In this document: piece by piece, positions 52,740 through 64,000 of the stretch
How the letters are laid out: the number at the start of each line of letters is the position of its first letter
Numbering within the stretch: position 1 is the first letter of the stretch
Assembly (NCBI GenBank): GCA_964016885.1
Contig: OZ024754.1
Span: 31,000,001 to 31,064,000 of the forward strand
DNA: 64,000 nucleotides
From: Eledone cirrhosa
Lineage: Eukaryota
Direction: 5' to 3'
The notes under the pieces: generated by a model
The model's database searches: none
What the model saw: only the letters and a program-made list of their open reading frames with translations
Told to the model about the DNA's origin: nothing
Position numbers and translations under genes: made by a program

Positions 52740-53400
52740 GGGATTGGCAAGATCAGTAGATCATCAGATAAAATGTCATTGCAATATTTGTTCTGACTCA
52801 TTACATTCAGAGTTCAAATCCCACCAACATTAACTTTGCCTTTTATCCTTCCAGGGTCAATAAAATCAAGTACTAGGGTTGATTTAATCAACCTTGCCCT
52901 TCCCCTTATTTTTGCTGACTTTGTGTTTAAATTAGAAATTGATTTTATGTAAGAGTCTTTGTTAAGTTATGTTCCAAACACCACCTTAATAATTGTTTCT
53001 ACTTTTTGGCACAAGGTCAGCAATTATACAAGTGTATTACTGGTACTTTATTTTATCGACCCCGTTAAGGATGAAAGGCAAAGTTAACCCCGGCGGGATT
53101 TGAACTCAGTCCGTAAAGGGCCGTAACTCTATGCTGGAAAGCATGGCGTCCGACCCTCTACCGATACTGCCAATCCACCTTAATAATGGTTTCTGATTTA
53201 GGCACAAAGCCAAAAAGTTTTGGGGTTGGAAAAGTCAATTAAATCGACCATAATGCGTTACTGGTACTTTATTTTATTGACCCCAGAAGGATGAAAGGCA
53301 AAGCCAACGTTGGGGCAGGATTTGAATTCAGAATATAAAGGGACGTGGCTCTATGCTGCAAAGCATAGTATCCGCCACTTCACTGATACTGCCAATCCAT
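52740..53400. mobile_element. Three SINE family C copies (one plus-strand diverged, two minus-strand)
   Basis: Shared GGATGAAAGGCAAAG...GGATTTGAACTCAG body. Confidence 0.8.
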
Positions 53401-53519
53401 AATGAAAAAGTTAGTTAAATACCATCTCCCCACCAAATTCTTGATTATTTTAAAAATAATCTGAAAGCCATAGAAATACTGGATTCTCGTAAACCTAGGT
53501 GGGTTTCATTCCAGCTCTA

Positions 53520-55935
53520 CATCCACCACACCACACCATTACCACACTACATCATACTACCACCACACCACATCACCACCATTACCACACTACATCATAC
53601 TACCACCACACCACACCATTACCACACTACATTATACTACCACCACACTACACCACCACCATTACCACACTACATCATACTACCACCACACCACACCATT
53701 ACCACACTACATTATACTACCACCACACTACACCACCACCATTACCACACTACATCATACTACCACCACACTACACCACCACCATTACCACACTACATCA
53801 TACTACCACCACACCACACCACATCACCACCATTACCACACTACATCATACTACCACCACACCACACCACTACCATTACCACACTACATTATACTACCAC
53901 CACACCACCACCACCACCACCATTACCACACCACACTACATCATACTACCACCACACCACACCACCACCATTACCACACTACATTATACTACCACCACAC
54001 CACCACCATTACCCCACTACATCATACTACCACCACACCACCACCATTACCACACTACATTATACTACCACCACACCACACCACACCACCACCATTACCA
54101 CACTACATCATACTACCACCACACCACACCACACCACCACCATTACCACACTACATCATACTACCACCACACCACACCACACCATTACCACACTACATTA
54201 TACTACCACCACACCTCTACTACAACATCACATCACCACATTATATCACACTACCACCACTACACACCATTACACCTCCACAACTACCACTACACACACC
54301 CACACCACTACTACTATCACACCACTACCACACAACCACACCACCACTACTACCACACAACCACACCACACCACCACCACACTACCACTACTATCACACC
54401 ACTACCACACAACCACACCACCACTACACTACACCTCTACCACTACCGCAACTACCACTACCACACAACCACACCACCACTACTATCACAGAGTGTAGTG
54501 GTGAAGGTGAAGGTAGCAGTGTGGTGGTAGCAGTGTAGTGGTGAAGGTGGAGGTAGCAGTGTAGTGGTGAAGGTGGTGGTAGCAGTGTGGTGGTGAAGGT
54601 GGTGGTAGCAGAGGTGGGGGTAGCAGAGGTGGTGGTAGCAGTGTAGTGGTGAAGGTGGTGGTAGCAGTGTAGTGGTAGCAGTGTGGTGGTAGCAGTGTAG
54701 TGGTGAAGGTGGTGGTAGCAGTGTGGTGGTGAAGGTGGTGGTAGCAGTGTGGTGGTGAAGGTGGTGGTAGCAGTGTAGCGGTAGCAGTGTGGTGGTAGCA
54801 GTGTAGTGGTAGCAGTGTGGTGATAGCAGAGGTGGGGGTAGCAGTGTAGTGGTGAAGGTGGTGGTAGCAGTGTAGTGGTGAAGGTGATGGTAGCAGTGTG
54901 GTGGTGAAGGTGGTGGTAGAAGTGTAGTGGTAGGAGTGTGGTGGTAGCAGAGGTGGGGGTAGCAGTGTAGTGGTGAAGGTGGGGAGAGTGGCCGAGGGAG
55001 GTGGAGGTAATGGTGAAGGTGGGAGTAGCAGAGAGAGAAGGTTGCAGGTTACACTACACACAACATACTGTCACTTTACTGTGTTCAACCACCAATAATG
55101 TTGTTATTACATCACCACGACCATCATCACCACCTCCTCCACCACCACCATCACCACCACCTCCTCCACCACCACCGCCACCATCACCACCTCCTCCACC
55201 ACCACCATCACCACCTCCTCCATCACCACCTCCTCCACCACCACCATCACCACCACCTCCTCCACCACCACCGCCACCATCACCACCTCCTCCACCACCA
55301 CCACCATCACCACCTCCTCCACCACCACCACCACCACCTCCTCCACCACCACCACCACTACCACCACAATACTCCCCACCACCACCACCACCAACCCCAC
55401 CATCACCACCACCACCATCACCACCTCCTCCACCACCACCACCATCACCACCTCCTCCACCCCACCACCACCACCTCCTCCACCACCACCGCCACCATCA
55501 CCACCTCCTCCACCACCACCACCACCACCAACCCCACCACCACCACCACTACCACCACTACTACTACCATCACCACCACCATCACTACTACCATCACCAC
55601 CACAAACTCTACCATCACCACCAACCCCATCACCACCACTACCACCACTACTACTACCATCACCACCACGAACTCCACCATCACCACCAACCCCACCACC
55701 ACCACTACCACCACTACTACTACCATCACCACCACCATCACTACTACCATCACTACCACCAACTCCACCACCACCACCAACCCCACCACCACCACCACCA
55801 CTACCACCACTACTACTACCATCACCACCACCGTCACTACTACCATCACAAACACCACCACCACCACCACCAACACACCCACCACCACCATCACCAACAA
55901 CCCCACCATCACCATCGCCACCACCACCACCACCA
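53520..55935. repeat. Adjacent (CAC)-rich, (GTG)-rich and (CAC)-rich compound microsatellites
   Basis: Strand polarity switches at about 54490 and about 55050. Confidence 0.95.
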
Positions 55936-56189
55936 AAACACAGCAAAGTTAACCATCAGCCAGTCACCCCACCCCACCCTAAGTGTAAGCTGGGGTGTGG
56001 GGAGTGGTCAATAACTATTGTCTTCACTGCTTGACTCAACATGGCACAGTGGTAACTACCCCCACCCTGTCTTGGGCTGACACAGGTGTGTGCCATAGAG
56101 AGGGGAGGGGCTGCTTCTCTCTATATGGACATAATAAGGAAAAGAATAAAGAAAACTATATATATAGTTATATATTTATATCTAAATAT

Positions 56190-56750
<561 letters not shown>

Positions 56751-57173
56751 TATTTAGATATAAATATATAACATCAACAATAATAACAATAATCATACAT
56801 GATTTCTTTATATTTTTTATAATAATAATAACAATAATAATAATGATAATGTTTATATATAAAAATATACAATGATAAATAAAAGTAATAAAAAAAGGCA
56901 ACAATGAAAAAAGCAGCTAAATGTGTAACTGTAGTGAATACCTAGAGATGGAAGGGGTTGGCACAAATTATAATCTAGTTGACTTTACATGTTAGGGGGT
57001 CATATATCTATTGAAATGAAAGGTCACAAACACACACAGCCCCTCACTCAGAGCAATATGTCACACACAGAGAACCACCAACCAACCACCCACCTACTCA
57101 GTACATAGACAAGCCCCTCATTCAGCACATTGTCACACAAAAGACAGCAATATTTAGGGTTAATATTTAACAA

Positions 57174-57213
<40 letters not shown>

Positions 57214-57283
57214 TTTTTCTTTCTTAATACTTTAGAAATTTGTCTTATTATTCTCTTTTCTCCTTCTCCTCCACCTCTGTTTC

Positions 57284-57821
<538 letters not shown>

Positions 57822-58027
57822 AAAGTCGACAAGGAAAAAAATGAAATGATGATATATGTTAGTTTAAAGCTAGAAAGAAAGCAGTGAATAATGAAAAATA
57901 TATGTACATATGTATGTTTTATATCCGGGAGCTTCCAACCGACATGGTCGCATTCTTTAAGGGTATGTCAATATTTGTATATATGTATGTGTATGTATAT
58001 ATATAACCATCCTCAAATATAACAATA

Positions 58028-58500
58028 TCATCATCATCATCAACGTTTAACGTCCGTGTTCCACGCTTGCATGGGTTTGGACGGGGGTAGTCCCACTTGA
58101 GGCAAGAGTGATTGTCTTGCTCGCATAGGACTGTCTGGCAGGTTTTCTACAGTTGGATGCCCTTCCTAACACCAACCACATTTACAGTGTGGGTCTGGGA
58201 GGTTTTTACCGTGTTGCCTACACGGCCACATTACAGCGTGGACTGTGTGTTTTTTTGTCGTGACACCTACACGATCTCATTTGTTTCGGCCTCGATCGCG
58301 CGGCACCAACATAACTTTACATAGAACGGGGTGGTGTGGATGGGGTGGGGGTGGTGGTGGTGGGACGGGGTGTATTTTGTTAGAGATGCCTACTGGCTGG
58401 AGTAGGTTTTACTATATATTTAGGTAAGGCGGGTCTTCTCTGTTACTGAGTACCGCCAAAGGTCTCGGTCCAGTGACATTGTCTTGGAGAGGTGTAAGTG
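58028..58500 (-). mobile_element. RTE LINE 3' end
   Basis: Near-identical to 19816-20200 and to the reverse complement of 11200-11690. Confidence 0.85.
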
Positions 58501-58555
58501 TATACCCGGCTAACCCATGCTAGCATGGAAGGTGGCTGTTAAACGGTGACGATGA

Positions 58556-58586
<31 letters not shown>

Positions 58587-58739
58587 CTTATATATATTAT
58601 TATTATTATTACACTCTATACTTTCTGGAAACTACGCATTGAGTGCTCCTCTGGTGAACCACAGTAACTGGACATTACAATCCCTATATATATATATATA
58701 GGTTTAGGAATAACCAAAGAGTGCTTAGAAATACATTGT

Positions 58740-58798
58740 TTTATTAGCTAACAGTGTTTCATCCATACCCTATGGCAGGAATCATCAGAGCCTATAAA
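58740..58798 (-). ncRNA. Hammerhead-like motif of a distinct family; cleavage triplet appears mutated (GTT)
   Basis: Minus strand TTTATAGGCT-CTGATGA-TTCC..GGAT-GAAACACTGTT-AGCTAATAAA. Confidence 0.55.
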
Positions 58799-59221
58799 CA
58801 AGAGTATATCAATAGTTGCATGCTCCATCAAGCTGCATCACCAGAACAAGGTTAAAGGGCCAGCAGGGGGGTCCTGAGGCCAGCGCTATGTAGAAAAGGA
58901 CACAATTCATGACGCATCTCATGTCATAAAATGTCATAAAAAATGTCATAAAAAAATGTCATAAAAAATTACATCAAAGATCACATGAAAAAATTTATCA
59001 TTTACATGGTGCAATAGATGATAAAGAGGTTGGGAGAGGGTGGCAGGGAATGAGTGAAGGTGTTACTCAGCATGATCAAAAACAATAAAAAAAAAACAAA
59101 GTCAAGGCATAGATACATCAAAGCACAAGCAGTGTAAATACAGGATGTACAGGCAGATTAAGAGATGTTGCAAGCATGAGTCTGTGAGAAGGATAGTTGG
59201 TTAGCTATATATAAGGAAACA

Positions 59222-59563
59222 GTGTATTACTGGTACTTTATTTTACTGACCCCGTAAGGATGAAAGGCAAAGTTAACCTCGACGGGATTTTAACTCAGAA
59301 CGTAAAGGGACGTAACTCTATGCTGGATAGCATGGCGTCTGATGCTGTACTCATACTGCCAATCCTCTACTCTGCATATTAATAATTGTTTCTACTTTAG
59401 GCACAAGGCCAGCAATTATTCCAGTGCATTACTGGTACTTTATTTTATCGACCCCGTAAGGATGAAAGGCAAAGTCAACCTCGGTGGGATTTGAACTCAG
59501 ATCGTAAAGGGACGTAACTATGCTGGAAAGCATGGCGTCCGACCCTCTACCGATACTGCCAAT
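59222..59563 (-). mobile_element. Two SINE family C copies
   Basis: Homologous to 12436-12628. Confidence 0.85.
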
Positions 59564-59697
59564 CAGGCTGTAAGTAAATTACTGTAGGAAGTTTTTACGA
59601 TGCTCTACCGATTCCGCTAATCCACTGAGGCTTTTAGTAATAACAATGATGATGATGTGGGCAACTTGAACAAGAGCTAAACATGTATAGACAACAA

Positions 59698-59728
<31 letters not shown>

Positions 59729-59920
59729 GTTTAACGTCCGTTGTTTTCCTTGCATACATGGGTTAGATGGGTTGTCATTGTTATGAAACAAGTCAAGTCC
59801 AGAGACCATGTCTTGTTCATGTAGATTTGTATTTTGGCTTGGTTTCTATGACTGGATGCCCTTTCTAACAACAACCACTTTATATATATATATATGTGTG
59901 TGTATATATATATATATATA

Positions 59921-60119
59921 TAACGAAGGGGGTATGGTAAGGAACCAGATGGACCATAACACACCAGAGTACTCAATACTTAGGGTAGTAAAGTGGGTAA
60001 TAGAAAAATGTTAAACCCAGACAGCAGAGCTCAAGCCGTTTCGACGGCTATTTCTGGACTATTTCTGGAGTACAGAAATAGCCGCCGAAACGGCTTGAGC
60101 TCTGCCGTCTGGGTTTAAC

Positions 60120-60128
<9 letters not shown>
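59921..60128. mobile_element. Family P element with a fold-back at about 60000-60128
   Basis: AAAAATGTTAAACCCAGAC..GAGCTCAAGCCGTTTCG / CGAAACGGCTTGAGCTC..GTCTGGGTTTAACATTTTT. Confidence 0.75.
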
Positions 60129-60171
<43 letters not shown>

Positions 60172-60210
60172 GATATTAAACAAATGGAAACTATATTTAT
60201 ACACTATATT

Positions 60211-60276
60211 TATTTCATTATACATATTTCAGGGATACCATATTAAAAATATGGCATGCCTTCTTCAGATAAAATA
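60211..60276 (-). ncRNA. Diverged family H hammerhead (CUGAAGA core), element about 60170-60465
   Basis: Minus strand TATTTTAT-CTGAAGA-AGGCATGCCATAT..ATATGGTATCCCT-GAAATATGTATA-ATGAAATA; stem II sequence differs but still pairs. Confidence 0.7.
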
Positions 60277-60540
60277 CAATATATAAGCAGTTTTATAAAT
60301 AAATTTGACGTACCATAAATATTGATCAACTTCCATTTGAGAAGTTGGTTTGGTAAGTCCATTTGTTTAATAACGTATATCTACTCCAAAACTTGTTGAG
60401 TGCTTTATATCAGTTATAAAATATTTACTCGTTGTAACCCAACAATTTTAAATAAAACTTTTGCCTATATATATATATATATATATATACCTAAAGCTTA
60501 TAGTTTTAAGCAGACAGTATTATTGATTTAGGTGTCATAG

Positions 60541-60609
60541 AAACCCTGCATTTGGATTTTACCATCAATTCCACATTGGAATTGATGGTAAAATCCAAAT
60601 GCAGGGTTT
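60541..60609. repeat. Perfect palindrome, 33-bp arms, 3-nt loop
   Basis: AAACCCTGCATTTGGATTTTACCATCAATTCCA-CAT-reverse complement. Confidence 0.95.
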
Positions 60610-60833
60610 ATTTTTTTATCATTTATTTTGTTTTGACCTGTTTAGCTTGATTTGCTTTTTGGCTTAGGTGGTTGATGCTTTCTTGACCACTTTTTTCAGT
60701 TTTGTATGGCGTCTTAACATATTGTTTAGCTCTGGTTTTTTAACTATGGAGTGCTTGCCAGCATAATTCGGATTTTTGCATTTCATTTCGCTTTTTCTAC
60801 CCGCCGAAATACGATTCTCGCTGAATTTATATT

Positions 60834-60869
<36 letters not shown>

Positions 60870-60872
<3 letters not shown>

Positions 60873-61185
60873 ATGAAATATTGGGTACAGTGCTCAGGTG
60901 CACTACAACTCATCAAAAAGTGTATGTATAGTACATAGGGTAATGTACAAACGTCAGGAAAATGAACAGTGCATGAGTCATGATACACACATGTGTGCAT
61001 GTGTATGGAAGGGGTACATCAGGTGTAGTTTTGGTGTATTTCGGGAAGCATGAGTGTCTTAAAGGATGCAGTGCCTCGGCAACTAACAACTGACGCAGGC
61101 AGTTTGTTCCATGCTTCAGCAACTCTGAGCATGAAAAAATGTCTACGAAAGTCATGGGAGCTGTGCTGTTTTCTGATTTTGTAGG
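60870..61185 (-). mobile_element. CR1/L2-like LINE 3' end
   Basis: Minus strand SHDFRRHFFMLRVAEAWNKLPASVVSCRG-like C-terminus. Confidence 0.75.
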
Positions 61186-61206
61186 CATATATATATATAT
61201 ATATAT

Positions 61207-61268
<62 letters not shown>

Positions 61269-61482
61269 GTATAGGTATATGTATATATGACACTATATAA
61301 GTGGGGTACAGACCCTCACCCTGTTTGGGAGGTCAGTTACTCCACTTCAGTACTGACTTTGTTTATGTAGACCTGTCCAACCCTTGCTAACAGGCAAAGC
61401 AGTTGTTAAAAGATGATGATGATGATGATGATGGTATATACATTCATATGTATACACACATATAAGTATATATATATATATA

Positions 61483-61560
61483 CAGGGTGTCCCCAAAAAT
61501 GTAGACACACTTCAACAACATTCTAATAAATTTGTGTATACATCTTTGCGTAACACCCTA
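61483..61560. mobile_element. Tiny Tc1/mariner-type MITE
   Basis: TA|CAGGGTGTCCCCAAAAATGTAGACAC ... GTGTATACATCTTTGCGTAACACCCTA; same TIR family as 21798-22257. Confidence 0.6.
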
Positions 61561-61781
61561 TATATATATATATGTGTGTGTGTGTACATATATATATATA
61601 TGTATGTATACATTCATATATACACACATATATGAATATATATATATGTGTGTGTGTATGAGAGTATACATGTATATATATATGTGTGCGTGTATATGTA
61701 TATATATATGTGTGTGTGTGTGTATGTATATATATATATATATATGTGTGGCTTGAGCTTGCCGTCGGGGTCATACTTTTT

Positions 61782-61814
<33 letters not shown>

Positions 61815-62209
61815 CCACATTCCTTTGTTTCAGTGTGTTCCTTGTCTGTGTGTTATAGTTTAATATTAATATTATTATCTTATTATCATCAAACCTATGA
61901 AATGTGATGTAGCTAATGTTAATAGGCGATAATTAGTTAATTATTTAAATTTTAATAGCTAATTAATATCAAATGAATAATTTAAACTCTTAAAAAGAAA
62001 TGTTCATAAATTCACATTCTTATATATTTTATACATTGGAATTCTTTCTGTTGCGCTCAAACTTGTTAGTTCCTGTCTTTTATATATAACCTGGAGTAGT
62101 GTGGGAGAGGGGAATACTGTTAAAATTAAGATTTTAAACATTAAGGAAATATTATTATGATAATGAATGTGAAACTAAAGTAGATTTTTTTAACTAGGCA
62201 TTTTTTTTA

Positions 62210-62592
62210 CAACACAGGTAGGCCTCTAGATGTCTGTTGACAAGACAGGTAGGCCAGATGTCTGTAGACAAGACAGGTAGACCAGATGTCTGTAGACAAG
62301 ACAGGTAGTCCAGATGTCTGTAGACAAGACAGGTAGTCCAGATGTCTGTAGACACGACAAGTAGGCCAGATGTCTGTAGACAAGACAGGTAGACCAGATG
62401 TCTGTAGACACGACAGGTAGGCCAGATGTCTGTAGACAAGACAGGTAGGCCAGATGTCTGTAGACAAGACAGGTAGACCAGATGTCTGTAGACAAGACAG
62501 GTAGACCAGATGTCTGTTGACAAGACAGGTAGACCAGATGTCTGTTGACAACACAGGTAGACCAGATGTCTGTTGACAACACAGGTAGTCCA
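62210..62592. repeat. 28-bp minisatellite (AGACAGGTAGACCAGATGTCTGTAGACA), about 13 copies
   Basis: Seen directly in the sequence. Confidence 0.95.
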
Positions 62593-62660
62593 GGTGCTAA
62601 TAATTCTCAAAAACAATTAAGGAATTGAGTTCTTTAATTGTACTACTACTACTACTACTA

Positions 62661-62712
<52 letters not shown>

Positions 62713-63072
62713 CACTACTACTGCTGCTGCTACTGTTTCTGTAACTCCCTCTTCACAAAAATAAACCTCAGTGTGTAATGATTCTAGTAATTAGTCACAA
62801 TTCCTCTCTGTTCTTTATATAGTTCTTGAGAATTAATCTATTGTTTTAAGAATGATAACTAGACAGATATGTCTGAGAACAAAACTAAATAACATAGCTG
62901 GCATACCATATCTAATCCCATTCTTTAAACTTCTGTTCCTAGCTTCAAATTCTTCTCTTACTTCTCCAGTATCCAGTCACGGGTCAGGGTCAGTGAAATA
63001 AGTTATCATTAATAGTTCCTGATAGATTCAGTTAACCAATTATCCTCTCCCTACAAACATTGGCCTCATACT

Positions 63073-63330
63073 TGACATAAATGGGAGGAGTCTAGACATA
63101 AGTGGGAGGAGCCTAGACATGAGTGGGAGGGGTCAAGACATAAGTGGGAGGAGATTGGTTATAAGTGGGAGGAGATTGGACATGAGAGGGAGGAGACTAG
63201 ATGTAAATGGGAGGAGATTGGATATAAGTGGAAAAAGATTGGATATAAGTCAGCGAAGTTTGGATATAAATGGGAGGAGATTGGACATAAGTGGGAGGGG
63301 ACAGGACATAAGTGAGAGGGGACTGAACTA
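63073..63330. repeat. Degenerate 21-bp minisatellite (GGACATAAGTGGGAGGAGATT)
   Basis: 7-aa periodicity in ORF 63119-63331. Confidence 0.85.
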
Positions 63331-63829
63331 AAAGGGAGGAGACTGAACTGAAAGGGAGGTAATTAGATATAAACTGGAGAAATAAATGGAGACTTGACAT
63401 AATAGGAGTGGACTGGATGTTATGGGTGAGGGCTGGGCATTATAGGAAGTAATTGAACTAAATGGAAGCGTATTGAACATTTCTGGAATAGATAAATAAT
63501 ATATGAATCTAGGATTATGGACTGGTGGAACCATTGCAGCTTCAGATTGGTTGTTTGGCAGTATATGTTCCAGCTTTTTATGTTCTGAGTTCAAATCCTG
63601 ATGGGGCCTACTTGTGGTGAAGGGGTTACTTTATCAATTGCCCTACCTGGTCCTTGGGTGTTTTTAGCTGAGTCTGCTTTGTTACAAGCATTCTGGCCAG
63701 ATTTCTGGTTTAAGAATATCATCTTCCTCCTCCCTCTATCCTTCCCACCCTTCCTCTCTCACTCCCACTCTTCCTCATTAGTGTGTAGTGAGTAATGGTA
63801 ATGTGTATTAATAATAAAATTCATTACTT

Positions 63830-64000
63830 TATTAGTGTGTAGTGTGTAATGCCAGTATGTAGTGTGTAATGTCAGTGTGTAATGTGTAATGTCAGTGTGT
63901 AGTGTGTAATGTCAGTGTGTAATGTGTAGTGTCAGTGTGTAGTGTGTAATGTCAGTGTGTAATGTGTAATGTCAGTGTGTAGTGTGTAATGCCAGTGTGT
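63830..64000. repeat. 20-bp minisatellite (GTCAGTGTGTAATGTGTAAT), cut by the window end
   Basis: Seen directly in the sequence. Confidence 0.9.

Overview
Eukaryotic, AT-rich and repeat-dominated DNA. The SINE, MITE and RTE-LINE complement and the very dense (TA)n/(CA)n/(CAC)n/(CAT)n microsatellites suggest a coleoid cephalopod, probably an octopus (inference). No complete protein-coding gene can be identified. Almost all long ORFs in the track are microsatellite artefacts or decayed LINE reverse transcriptase/endonuclease fragments. The window contains three tRNA-headed SINE families, RTE and CR1/L2-like LINE fragments, piggyBac-type and Tc1/mariner-type MITEs, and more than ten minisatellites, several clearly derived from transposon pieces. 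A few small candidate exons lie on both strands. The most interesting signal is a set of short non-coding elements that sit in (TA)n tracts, are often folded back as long inverted repeats, and carry hammerhead-ribozyme cores (CUGANGA...GAAA...UH) or partial or atypical versions. They resemble Penelope-like element pLTRs or retrozymes. There is also a tRNA-like Pol III unit enclosed in a long perfect inverted repeat. Boundaries of degenerate elements are approximate.
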